From Fidelibacterota bacterium (GTDB lineage Bacteria > Fidelibacterota > Marinisomatia > Marinisomatales > UBA1611): a stretch of DNA of 64,000 nt. A program made the translations under genes and the position numbers. The notes under the pieces are model-generated. The model searched no databases and had not been told where the DNA came from. It saw only the letters and a program-made list of their open reading frames with translations. The DNA is taken from the NCBI GenBank assembly GCA_016784605.1, contig JADHUI010000006.1:2476-66475 (forward strand), read 5' to 3'. This document shows, piece by piece, positions 26,628 to 36,279 of this stretch. Numbering within the stretch: the stretch's first letter is position 1; every line of letters starts with the position of its first letter.

Positions 26628-29600
26628 AAAGACGAAAGAAAATGATAAAAAATATATTACTATTATCCCTTTATTTTTGGGGCACCTTATTTGGACAGAA
26701 TTTACTCGATGAAGCTGGTATTCCAATTCGGCAAGGGATTCACATCGAATGGTTTAAAACTGTGAGTCCTGGAACAGATGGAACAGCCATATTTGTTTGG
26801 TCAGATAACCGGTTTGGTCCACGGAATATTTTTGCTCAAAAAGTGAGTGGAGAAGGAGAATTACTTTGGGGAGAAGGTGGAGCCGTTGTAACTGATTTAC
26901 CAGGAAGACAAGAAGACCCAGTCTCTATATCAGACGGAAACGGTGGTGTTTATATTGCATGGATTGATTATCGTTTTGACGCTGAAGGGGATGTCTTTTA
27001 TCAACATGTAGATAGCAATGGGTATCGTTTATTAGAAGATAATGGTATTCCGTTAGCGTTGATTCCAGGGAGACAAATATCCATTAATATGTGTACCGAT
27101 AGTTTGGGAGGTGTTTTTGTAACGTGGCAAGATAAACGTAATCAAATTAATGAAGATATTTATGGGACGCATATTTCTGCAAATCATGAAGTTATAGAAC
27201 CAAGTGTGGGTGTTCCTATTATTATAGCTGGTGGAACTCAAGCCGAAAAAAGTATTGAATATGCTGGAAATCATGAAGCGTATATCGTTTGGTCAGATGC
27301 AAGAAATGGTGGAAATATGGATATCTATGGTCAAAGATTAGATATGAATATGAATTTACTGATGGCGACTGAAGGATTCCCCGTTGCCGTCACATCTTCA
27401 CTAGAAACGCGCCCGCGGGTGACATATATGAGCAATAATCAGTCATTTGTCACTTGGAAATCGGGCGACGAAAGTTCAGAAATTTTATATCAAATAATGG
27501 ATGAAAGTGGGTTCATCCTAACGGAGCCGGCTAAAGTTTCACAATTTGATGCAATTCAAAAATCTCCCCGAGTAAAAAGAAATGCGGATGGAGAAGTTTT
27601 CTTAAGTTGGACCGATTTAAGATATGATACAATTGATGGTCATATTTTCTTTCAAAAAATCGGATTAGATGGTTCCGTGTTGTGGGGTGATGGTGTTCAA
27701 TTAGATGACTTTGGTGAAAAACACTTAAATGGTCGATTTGCACCAGATGAAAATGGTGGATTATACGTCGTTTGGGAGCGAGGAAGTAATCCTGATACAG
27801 ATATTCCGCTTCAATATATTAATGAAGATGGGGATATGGTTTTATCAGACTTCTTTGTGACCAATGCTGATGGAAATCAAGATGCACCTAATGTGATTTT
27901 TTCTAATACGGATGGGCTCTTTACTATTTATGGGGATGCATCATCAGGAAGCGTCAATTTGTTTGTTAACAGCTATTTAAATGGCAGTAATCAATGGGCA
28001 TCCGATATTTTAGGTGCGACGGGAATGGACGGCGATGTGAAGTATATACAAGGGTTTAATTCAAATATGGATGAAATCATTCTTTTGTGGGAAGATAATC
28101 GACACGCACAAAAAATATATGCAAATCGGGCTGTCAATGAATCTTTAGAAGTAACGAATGGAAATCAAATTACCTTTTCAGATGACGATGCTTCAGACGA
28201 TGATTTATCTTATCCGGTATATTATTTTGATGGTGTCCATGTGTATGTTGCTACATTTGATGGGTCAGATACACCGAAATCAATGCGGATTAATAAATTA
28301 ACAACCGATTTTGAAAATGTATGGGGCGATTCAGGTATAGCTGTTACAAGTATAGATGACCAACGTAATGGGATGCTCTTGGGGTTTGAAGAAAGTATTG
28401 GTTGCTTTTGGAGCGAATCAACCGCAATCAGCTTAGATATCCTATTCCAAAAGTATGATTCAGACGGGAATGCATTATTAGAAGAAGGTGGTAAAGTTTT
28501 ATTGGATGGATGGAATGATGAATATGTTTTAAATGTATTCAATACGCCTGATAATAATATAATGATTGTTTGGCTCGATAATGCTTGGGGAAGTACAACC
28601 ATTAAAATAAAGAAAATTGATTTAAATGGAAATTTAGCTGTTGGATGGTCTTCCAATGGAATAAATCTGAGTGAAACGGTTTACGATATTCAAGATATAT
28701 CCGCTGAAGTCATTTCGGATGATGATGGCATTTTTGTCGTTTGGCGACAAACAACCACAACTGAAACAGAAATATTTGGACAAATTATCGATTGGGATGG
28801 AAATATTATGTGGGAAAACGGCGGTCTGTCTATTTCAAATGCAGAACATGATCAGGTTAATCCATCTATGGATGTAGATCCTATTGGAAAAACAGCTTTT
28901 ATTGCTTGGGAAGATTTACGTAATGGGAGTGATTATAATGTATTTGGACAAGAAATAGATCTAGTCAGTGGAGAATTAAATGGAGAAGCCGTTCAATTTT
29001 CTGCAGACACAACACAACAACTGAAGCCGTATGTTAAAAATATATTGCAGGACCAATATCTCATTTTATGGGAGGATGGACGTGGATTTTGGAATAATGA
29101 TCCTTTAATGACTGGTGGGGCTGACATTTATGGCAGTGGATATGCTACATGGAATGGAATGACGTCAGAAATAGATGGTTTTCCTGTTGTGGCAAACTAT
29201 CACGAACAGGGACAAGTTGAAGTCACAAATTACAATCATGAATCGCAATATTTACTCCATTGGATTGATTTACGAAGCTCAGGTAAAGAAGATATTTATA
29301 ATTATTACGGTCGAATTATTGAAGTGGCAGATTTACTAGACATTAAAGATGTGGATGAATATTGGGCCGATGATTTTACTCTTCATTCTGCATATCCGAA
29401 TCCATTCAATGGAGCCATTCAGTTTGAATTTAATATGATGGGAACTCAACCAGTGGAATTTGCCATTTATGATTTAAGTGGACGGAAAGTAAATGATCGC
29501 TTGATTCTGCCCAACTCAGCTGGGAAATATCGAATTTCGTGGAATGGCAAAGATATGAATGGTGCGAATTTATCGAGTGGAATATATTTTTATCAATTCA

Positions 29601-29647
29601 AAGTTAATGAAGTAATAATAAAAGATAAAATAACATATCTAAAGTAA
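26624..29647 (+). CDS. Secreted WxDxR-repeat (probable multi-propeller) protein with T9SS type-A-like CTD
   Basis: Start ATG 26624 (ATGA overlap) or 26642; many W.D.R...DIY.Q repeats; C-terminal YPNPFN..IYDLSGR..WNG..SSGIYF..KITYLK. Confidence 0.7.
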   Translation: MKRRKKMIKNILLLSLYFWGTLFGQNLLDEAGIPIRQGIHIEWFKTVSPGTDGTAIFVWSDNRFGPRNIFAQKVSGEGELLWGEGGAVVTDLPGRQEDPVSISDGNGGVYIAWIDYRFDAEGDVFYQHVDSNGYRLLEDNGIPLALIPGRQISINMCTDSLGGVFVTWQDKRNQINEDIYGTHISANHEVIEPSVGVPIIIAGGTQAEKSIEYAGNHEAYIVWSDARNGGNMDIYGQRLDMNMNLLMATEGFPVAVTSSLETRPRVTYMSNNQSFVTWKSGDESSEILYQIMDESGFILTEPAKVSQFDAIQKSPRVKRNADGEVFLSWTDLRYDTIDGHIFFQKIGLDGSVLWGDGVQLDDFGEKHLNGRFAPDENGGLYVVWERGSNPDTDIPLQYINEDGDMVLSDFFVTNADGNQDAPNVIFSNTDGLFTIYGDASSGSVNLFVNSYLNGSNQWASDILGATGMDGDVKYIQGFNSNMDEIILLWEDNRHAQKIYANRAVNESLEVTNGNQITFSDDDASDDDLSYPVYYFDGVHVYVATFDGSDTPKSMRINKLTTDFENVWGDSGIAVTSIDDQRNGMLLGFEESIGCFWSESTAISLDILFQKYDSDGNALLEEGGKVLLDGWNDEYVLNVFNTPDNNIMIVWLDNAWGSTTIKIKKIDLNGNLAVGWSSNGINLSETVYDIQDISAEVISDDDGIFVVWRQTTTTETEIFGQIIDWDGNIMWENGGLSISNAEHDQVNPSMDVDPIGKTAFIAWEDLRNGSDYNVFGQEIDLVSGELNGEAVQFSADTTQQLKPYVKNILQDQYLILWEDGRGFWNNDPLMTGGADIYGSGYATWNGMTSEIDGFPVVANYHEQGQVEVTNYNHESQYLLHWIDLRSSGKEDIYNYYGRIIEVADLLDIKDVDEYWADDFTLHSAYPNPFNGAIQFEFNMMGTQPVEFAIYDLSGRKVNDRLILPNSAGKYRISWNGKDMNGANLSSGIYFYQFKVNEVIIKDKITYLK

Positions 29648-29650
29648 AAC

Positions 29651-31972
29651 ATGAATAGAATATTTGCTCAATACATATTGGGTTTCTTGTGTATCTCAAT
29701 TGGATTAAGTCAAGAGCTCGATCCTCGATACCATTCATTAGACGAAATAAATGGGTATCTTGAATCTCTTAATCAGGATCCTGAAATTGATTCTTTTTTT
29801 CGAGTGGACACAATCGGGTATTCGTCCCAAGAAAGTTTGCCTATTTTAGCGGTCATTATTTCCAATAATGTAAATGAGAGGGAAGATGAAGCTCGTGTTT
29901 TATTTATTGGACAAGTTCATGCAGAAGAAGTGATTGGTGTTGAAGCTGTTTTACAATTAATTCATGATTTAACCTATCCTGAGCCATCGCAACAAAATCA
30001 TGTTAATATTTTAAGAGCCAATCTCGAAATTTGGATTATCCCAACAGCCAACCCGGAAGGTTTAAATGTCGTCCATGATGGATTAGATATGAGTTTTCGA
30101 AAAAATAAAAGAGACTTTTCTCCAGGCGGTCCCTTTGCAAATGGGATATTTGATTATGATCCTTCCGTAGGAAATGATATAGATGGTGTGGACCTTAATC
30201 GTAATTTTAATTTTAATTGGGCATTTGGAGACACATTTTTAGAACCCGACGCCAGCGATTATGCTTCTCACTATGATTATTACAAAGGAGAAGAACCCTT
30301 TTCTGAAGGGGAAGCGGTGGCCATTCGTGACTTAGCGATTCGGGAGAAATTTCTTTTTTCGATTGTATGGCATAGTTCACGGTCGGGTCGTTTATCAGAA
30401 AAAGTGTTTACATCGTGGTTGTGGGAAGGAACAAAACCTTCGCCGGATCTGGTTTATGTAAAAACATTGGCAGATAACTTCGCTTCAGAAATCGAGACTG
30501 AAGATGGCTCTGGCTCCTATTTATCTGTCTATAGTGGATCCCGTAATGGAAAGTTACATGACTGGTTTTACCGTGAAACGGGTTGCATTCAATACCTCAT
30601 TGAATGTGGAACATCGAACCTTCAACCTGACAGTACTTTATTAGAAAATACGATTGAGCGAATAAATCCAGCCATGTGGTACCTCATGGATAGATCCATT
30701 GGCTATTACATGGATGCATCTCAATTGACTGGGATTGTTACTGATGCATCCACAGGCACTCCTATTCAAGGTGCTATTATCAAAATACTAGAACACACTG
30801 GATCTGTACTAAAACCACGTAAAACGGATGAATTTGGACGATATAGACGTATTTTAGATATTGGGTCTTATACATTATCAGTTCGAGCGAAAGGATATGA
30901 TTCTCAGACAATCAATGTGGTTGTAAATAATGCAGCTATTACACATCAAAATATTGGATTAAATCCAGCAGCCATGCATACACTTAATTTGACCCTTATT
31001 GATGAAGATGAAATGCCTTTGATATATGTAGGTTATTTGACATCAGAATTTGGTGTTGATACATTGACACTCGGCGAAGGCCTGAATACACTATATTTAC
31101 CATCCGCATCTTATGATTTATTGATTCCCATCGGCGGGTTAATCATACCATGGAAACGATCATTTGATTTGGACAGAGATTTAGGTTTTACGGCACATTT
31201 TATAAATGGGGATCTACAATTATTAAGTACATCTTGGCCATGGGAGAATGCAGAAGGTCCGTGGGTGGCAGGCGATGTTATTCTTAAAACTCAGGAAGAT
31301 CTTTATTATGAAAATGGAGATACAGCATTAACCGAACAATGGATGGAATCAGAGTTGGTGGACGTGTCGGGGAAAAATCGACTTGTTTTAAAAGTGGATC
31401 ATCGATATGAAACGGAATGGGATAATGATCCTATCTCTATCTTAATATTAGATAATAATGATTCTCTTCTTGCACATAAATCGTGGACAGGTATGGCTTG
31501 GGAGAGTTTTCAAACAAATTATCTTACAGCTATACACGAAAGTGGGTTTGATAGTGTTAAAATAAAATTAAGTTTTCTACCAGATCAATCTGTGAATTAT
31601 CATGGATGGGAGTTAGAAGGATTAACTTTGTTTTCGGTTATGGACGAATATCTTGGGACAACAATATCACAAGGGGGTATTACGCCAAAAATCCCCTTAA
31701 CCTTAAATGGTATTTTTCCAAATCCATCCCGAGGACAATTTCAATTAGATATTGGTTATTGGCCCGGCGGAAAAGGTGGAATGGCTGTTTATAATCTTTT
31801 AGGGCAAGAAATAGCTCAATATCCAATAAGTCAATTGTCTGCTGGACGACATCTCATCCGATTTGACTTGGAGCAATCGGTGAATAAACTTTTAAGTTCT
31901 GGCGTCTATTTTATCGTTTTAAATACAGATAGGGAAATGGTCACACAAAAATGCGTATTTATGAAAAATTAA
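29651..31972 (+). CDS. M14 zinc carboxypeptidase with regulatory-like domain and CTD
   Basis: GQVHAEE, NPEG, RKN, GVDLNRN, PFSEGE, WHS; GIVTDASTGTPIQGA regulatory-like domain; FPNP..YNLLGQ..SGVYF CTD. Confidence 0.85.
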   Translation: MNRIFAQYILGFLCISIGLSQELDPRYHSLDEINGYLESLNQDPEIDSFFRVDTIGYSSQESLPILAVIISNNVNEREDEARVLFIGQVHAEEVIGVEAVLQLIHDLTYPEPSQQNHVNILRANLEIWIIPTANPEGLNVVHDGLDMSFRKNKRDFSPGGPFANGIFDYDPSVGNDIDGVDLNRNFNFNWAFGDTFLEPDASDYASHYDYYKGEEPFSEGEAVAIRDLAIREKFLFSIVWHSSRSGRLSEKVFTSWLWEGTKPSPDLVYVKTLADNFASEIETEDGSGSYLSVYSGSRNGKLHDWFYRETGCIQYLIECGTSNLQPDSTLLENTIERINPAMWYLMDRSIGYYMDASQLTGIVTDASTGTPIQGAIIKILEHTGSVLKPRKTDEFGRYRRILDIGSYTLSVRAKGYDSQTINVVVNNAAITHQNIGLNPAAMHTLNLTLIDEDEMPLIYVGYLTSEFGVDTLTLGEGLNTLYLPSASYDLLIPIGGLIIPWKRSFDLDRDLGFTAHFINGDLQLLSTSWPWENAEGPWVAGDVILKTQEDLYYENGDTALTEQWMESELVDVSGKNRLVLKVDHRYETEWDNDPISILILDNNDSLLAHKSWTGMAWESFQTNYLTAIHESGFDSVKIKLSFLPDQSVNYHGWELEGLTLFSVMDEYLGTTISQGGITPKIPLTLNGIFPNPSRGQFQLDIGYWPGGKGGMAVYNLLGQEIAQYPISQLSAGRHLIRFDLEQSVNKLLSSGVYFIVLNTDREMVTQKCVFMKN

Positions 31973-34900
31973 TTTTAGTCGCCTTGATGGTGAGTTTCAG
32001 TTTTGCCAATGGTTTATCTTTTCGAGGAAAAACAACTGAAAACCTCCTTCAAGAAACGATCCCATTAGCGTTTCAACATTTTGTTGAAACAGAGTTGGAT
32101 TTACCGCATTCGATGAATCTGAATCGGGGGAGTTATCTCATTATAGTCCCAGATGGTCTAGTCAATTATTTGGATCAATTTGTATCTTTTAAAAAATCGC
32201 AAGGGTTTGATGTGATCGTTTCTCTTCTTTCTGAAGCAGGGAGTAGTTCGGATAATATAAAGACCTTTATCGGGGCTACTTTGGCAGAAGACCCGATGTT
32301 AGAATATGTTCTCCTCATTGGAGATGTAGATGGATTTGCAGCTCTACCGTCCTTTTATTATGGACCTGCAAATGATGTTTCTGATCAAAAATTCACACAT
32401 TTGCTTGGAGATGATATTGTCCCGGATGTCTTTATTGGAAGAATGTCCGTTGATAATTTGACGGACTTAATTGTTATTCTTTCAAAAACAATGAAATATG
32501 CTCGAGATCCATTAGCCTTCAATCAAGATTGGTTGAATCGAGGATTGGTTGTAGCTGGAAATTATAGTAACACATATCCGATTCCCATCACACCCAAGTG
32601 GACTTCTTATTGGTTGCGAGATGAATTGCTTGATTTTGGTTATTCAAATGTGGATACTGTTTTTTATCCTCCAGTCCAACAAGGCGCTCCCCAAATTATT
32701 TCTGCAATAAATCAAGGAGCGGGCATTGTGAATTATCGTGGATGGGGAGATGCCAATGGTTGGCATTATCCTGAATTCCATGTGAGTGATGTGAATGATT
32801 TAAATAATGGATGGCTTACACCTGTATTTTTGAGTTATGTGTGCAATTCCAACGATTTCGCCAATAATGTAGATCCGTGCCTTTCAGAAGCAGTCACGCG
32901 AGCAGGAACTCCATCCGTGCCGAAAGGGGGCGTCGCTTTTGTCGGCCCATCCGATCTCCATACAAGTACAAAATACAATAATATCATTAATGCCTATATG
33001 TATGACGCTATGCTAAACCATCAAGTGGTAGAATTAGCCCCAGCCATGTTAGCGGGACAATTGGGGTTACAAAAAGAATTTCCAGAGCAAGATGATGCAG
33101 GGGAAGCGCAAGAGTTTTATACCCATGTTTATAATATTTTAGGCGATCCGTCTTTACAAGTCTATACAGGAACACCAAATTTATTTTTATTTGATATGGA
33201 TCCAGTCTATGAAAATGATGGCCTTTTAGATATTCGACTCACAAATGAAAATGAGCAAATGGTTGCCAATGCTGTTATAAGTGTTATGGCAAATGGAGAA
33301 ATCGTCGCAAAAGGATTAACCGATAATACCGGACGGTTTATAGCCAGTGTGGATGTCCAAAATAGTGTAGAAATAGACATTTATGCAAATAAGAATGGTT
33401 TTATTCAAGGCCATTCCGTTGCAAGTGTTGAAAATGCAACATCGGATATTCATTTAAGTCAATTAACTGTTTTATCTGAAGATAATGGCGAAAATGTAGC
33501 ATTAGGTGAATCCTTTGAACTTTCAATCACGCTAACAAATAATTCCAATAATGTGGCAGGTGGTTTTATAGGATCGTTATCGTTTAATGCTGGAGTAGAG
33601 CCTCAACTTATCGAAGTAAATATTCCTGAAATAAATTCAGGAGAATCAACTATTCTCGTTATATCTGATTTGGTGATTTATGAACCTTTGCACTCTAACG
33701 GTGCCACCGCTCGACTTACGGATAATAATGGAATAAAAATGGGTGATCTTGTTATTCCTATAATTATGCCCATTTTTGATATTTCATTTGGAAATACTGA
33801 CGTTACGCCGAATTCATTATTTACACCTGTTTTATCCATCCAAAGTTATACGAATGCAGATTATATTGATATTTGGGTTGATATCTCCTGTCTGAATGAT
33901 TCCATTGATTGTGTTTTGGGACCGAATGATGATTCCCAAGATAACATAACATCCATATCAGCGTTTGAAGAACAATTGTTTACAAATTACGCCGATATTG
34001 GTTTGGGGGATATTTCTTACGGAAGTGATGTCACTTTCTTGGTGGAATTTCTTAAAGATAATCGTCTATTATTTAGTCAAGAAGTTTCGCTACACATTAA
34101 ACCCCAAACTGAAAATCTTCCTGTTGCGCCATCCAATTATGGTTACTGGGCTTTTGATGATACTGATGCCGGTTTTGATCAAACACCTACTTTTGATTGG
34201 GTTGAGTTAGACCCATCATTTGGGGGAACAAACGGAACTGAATATCTTTTAGATGATGATGATCATGTCGATGTTTCTTTGCCATTTACATTCCAATATC
34301 ATGGTCAAGAGTATGATGGACTAACCATTAGTTCAAATGGATGGGCTTCTTTTGAATCCTGTTATATAGATTATTTCTGGAATTATACCATTCCCATGTT
34401 TATGGGGCCAAAAGCATTATTAGCTCCTTTTTGGGATGATTTAGAAGTCGTGGATGATAATTGGATTCGCGTCTATACGTGGCATGATGAAATCAATGGC
34501 CGATTTATTGTGGAATGGTCGCGCGTATTAAACGGTTATGACGAAGTGACAGAAGAAACATTTGAAATTATCCTTTATACGCAAGAAGCAATGTCAACTG
34601 AATCTGGCAATGGTGTAATTGATTTTCAATATTTAGAAATTGATGATGTAGATGTAACAAAAAATTATGCCACAGTGGGTATCGAATCTCCAGCAAAAAA
34701 TGATGGAATACAGTATGCGTTTAATCATGGATTCGCATCAGGAGCCGCTCCACTTGCGAATGAGCGAGTGATTCGATTTACAACAAATGCTCCAGATAAT
34801 TATGTGGCACCATTGGCTGTTGGCCCTGAACCCATTCCTACAGGATTTCATCTTTCATCTGCTTTTCCAAATCCGTTTAATCCAACGACGCATTTAAATA

Positions 34901-35118
34901 TTCATCTTCCAGTAAATAGTTTTGTATCTGTTATGATTTATGATATAATGGGCCGAGAAGTAACAACACTTATATCAAAATGGATGAATGGAGGAAATCA
35001 TTTAATCAAATGGAATGGCAAAAACCATTTGGGTGAATCTGTAGCTTCTGGAACTTATTTCATCGTGGCTAAACAGGGAAATAATACTCAAATTCAAAAA
35101 GGATTGTTTTTAAAATAA
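31951..35118 (+). CDS. Second gingipain-like C25 family protein with CTD
   Basis: YLIIVP, KKSQGF, YVLLIGD, DVFIGRMS, NYRGWG, YVCNSN, ILGDP; C-terminal FPNPFNPTT..IYDIMGREV..WNG..ASGTYF. Confidence 0.85.
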   Translation: MRIYEKLILVALMVSFSFANGLSFRGKTTENLLQETIPLAFQHFVETELDLPHSMNLNRGSYLIIVPDGLVNYLDQFVSFKKSQGFDVIVSLLSEAGSSSDNIKTFIGATLAEDPMLEYVLLIGDVDGFAALPSFYYGPANDVSDQKFTHLLGDDIVPDVFIGRMSVDNLTDLIVILSKTMKYARDPLAFNQDWLNRGLVVAGNYSNTYPIPITPKWTSYWLRDELLDFGYSNVDTVFYPPVQQGAPQIISAINQGAGIVNYRGWGDANGWHYPEFHVSDVNDLNNGWLTPVFLSYVCNSNDFANNVDPCLSEAVTRAGTPSVPKGGVAFVGPSDLHTSTKYNNIINAYMYDAMLNHQVVELAPAMLAGQLGLQKEFPEQDDAGEAQEFYTHVYNILGDPSLQVYTGTPNLFLFDMDPVYENDGLLDIRLTNENEQMVANAVISVMANGEIVAKGLTDNTGRFIASVDVQNSVEIDIYANKNGFIQGHSVASVENATSDIHLSQLTVLSEDNGENVALGESFELSITLTNNSNNVAGGFIGSLSFNAGVEPQLIEVNIPEINSGESTILVISDLVIYEPLHSNGATARLTDNNGIKMGDLVIPIIMPIFDISFGNTDVTPNSLFTPVLSIQSYTNADYIDIWVDISCLNDSIDCVLGPNDDSQDNITSISAFEEQLFTNYADIGLGDISYGSDVTFLVEFLKDNRLLFSQEVSLHIKPQTENLPVAPSNYGYWAFDDTDAGFDQTPTFDWVELDPSFGGTNGTEYLLDDDDHVDVSLPFTFQYHGQEYDGLTISSNGWASFESCYIDYFWNYTIPMFMGPKALLAPFWDDLEVVDDNWIRVYTWHDEINGRFIVEWSRVLNGYDEVTEETFEIILYTQEAMSTESGNGVIDFQYLEIDDVDVTKNYATVGIESPAKNDGIQYAFNHGFASGAAPLANERVIRFTTNAPDNYVAPLAVGPEPIPTGFHLSSAFPNPFNPTTHLNIHLPVNSFVSVMIYDIMGREVTTLISKWMNGGNHLIKWNGKNHLGESVASGTYFIVAKQGNNTQIQKGLFLK

Positions 35119-35167
35119 TTTGTAACATTCAGGCTATAGTTACATCCAATGGATAAAGGAAAATATT

Positions 35168-35404
35168 ATGATTAAAGTATATACAACAAGTTGGTGTCCT
35201 TACTGTAATAATGCAAAACGGCTATTATCTGAAAAGGGCATGAAATATGAAGAAATTAATATTGAAGAAGAAGGGATCAGTCGAGAAGGTTTAGTTGAAT
35301 TAACGGGGGGTCGATCTGTACCACAAATAGTCATTAATGATAAACCGATTGGTGGATACGATAATTTAGTCAAACTCGATCAAGCTGGGGAATTATCCGC
35401 CTGA
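35168..35404 (+). CDS. grxC: Glutaredoxin
   Basis: CPYC active site, SVPQI, IGGYD; 78 aa. Confidence 0.9.
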   Translation: MIKVYTTSWCPYCNNAKRLLSEKGMKYEEINIEEEGISREGLVELTGGRSVPQIVINDKPIGGYDNLVKLDQAGELSA

Positions 35405-36273
35405 TTCTTTCTCGTAAAACTGTCTTTAATATTGGCCTACTTACTGTTGGCTTAGTGGGGTGGACATCCTGTTCCTTTTTTAAAGTAAATATAGACCCCA
35501 TTGGCGATTTACCCTCCCTGAATGCTCATATTTTAAATACTCAGGATTGGCTCCAATCTGCTCAAAAAGAATATGATTCTTTTCAAGCCATTTTAAAGGA
35601 AGAGCAAGCGGTAAATATCAAAAAGAAATTCAAAATTTATCAGCAATTAAAAGCATTGAATCTTCGAATGGGTAAAGCATTATCGCATATAACCATTACA
35701 TTAGATGAACAAAAGAAAATGGCTCTGGAATTAAAAGGACAGCCGGGATTAGTATTTGTTGACTCTACATCGGGAGAAGCACATCCATTATTAGATTCAT
35801 TCGTGTCGAATAAACAAAGTATTATTCAATCACAATCTGTTTATGAGAGTGGAAAATTAAAATGTATCAAATTATTCAAAAAACGAAAAAAGCGACTTGT
35901 TTTTATTCGAGACCAAATAAAACCATGGCAGAATGAAGTAGCTGAATTAGCATTAAAACGGCATGAAATTCGTGAAAGTATGATTCGATTTGAACATACC
36001 CTAGGTGAAGCCGTTTTTCAGCAGGAAAATGATTTGTATCAGAAAAATATTTCTGATCTTTCCAGACGATTGAATAAAAGAATAAAAGCACTCAATCGAT
36101 TTGAAAAAAATGTCAAAAATATGAATGGAATTGCTAAAAGAGAAGTAGGCGCTTTGGTGTTTATGACTCCGATTAATGACTCAAAAAAAGAGTATGAAAA
36201 TCGATTTGAACAAGACTTAATACATTATAAAGAAACATTAGACGAATTAAAGAAAACGTTTGAATCGTTATAA
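35401..36273 (+). CDS. Coiled-coil putative lipoprotein
   Basis: Frame extends upstream of GTG 35455 to CTG 35401, giving ILSRKTVFNIGLLTVGLVGWTSC (signal plus lipobox-like Cys); helical K/E-rich body. Confidence 0.55.
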   Translation: MILSRKTVFNIGLLTVGLVGWTSCSFFKVNIDPIGDLPSLNAHILNTQDWLQSAQKEYDSFQAILKEEQAVNIKKKFKIYQQLKALNLRMGKALSHITITLDEQKKMALELKGQPGLVFVDSTSGEAHPLLDSFVSNKQSIIQSQSVYESGKLKCIKLFKKRKKRLVFIRDQIKPWQNEVAELALKRHEIRESMIRFEHTLGEAVFQQENDLYQKNISDLSRRLNKRIKALNRFEKNVKNMNGIAKREVGALVFMTPINDSKKEYENRFEQDLIHYKETLDELKKTFESL

Positions 36274-36279
36274 ATGATG

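Noticed and set aside
35168-35404. Glutaredoxin or other genes as selenoproteins, given selAB
   Set aside because: Active site is TGT-encoded CPYC; the TGA-ending genes I checked are full length with no sign of read-through
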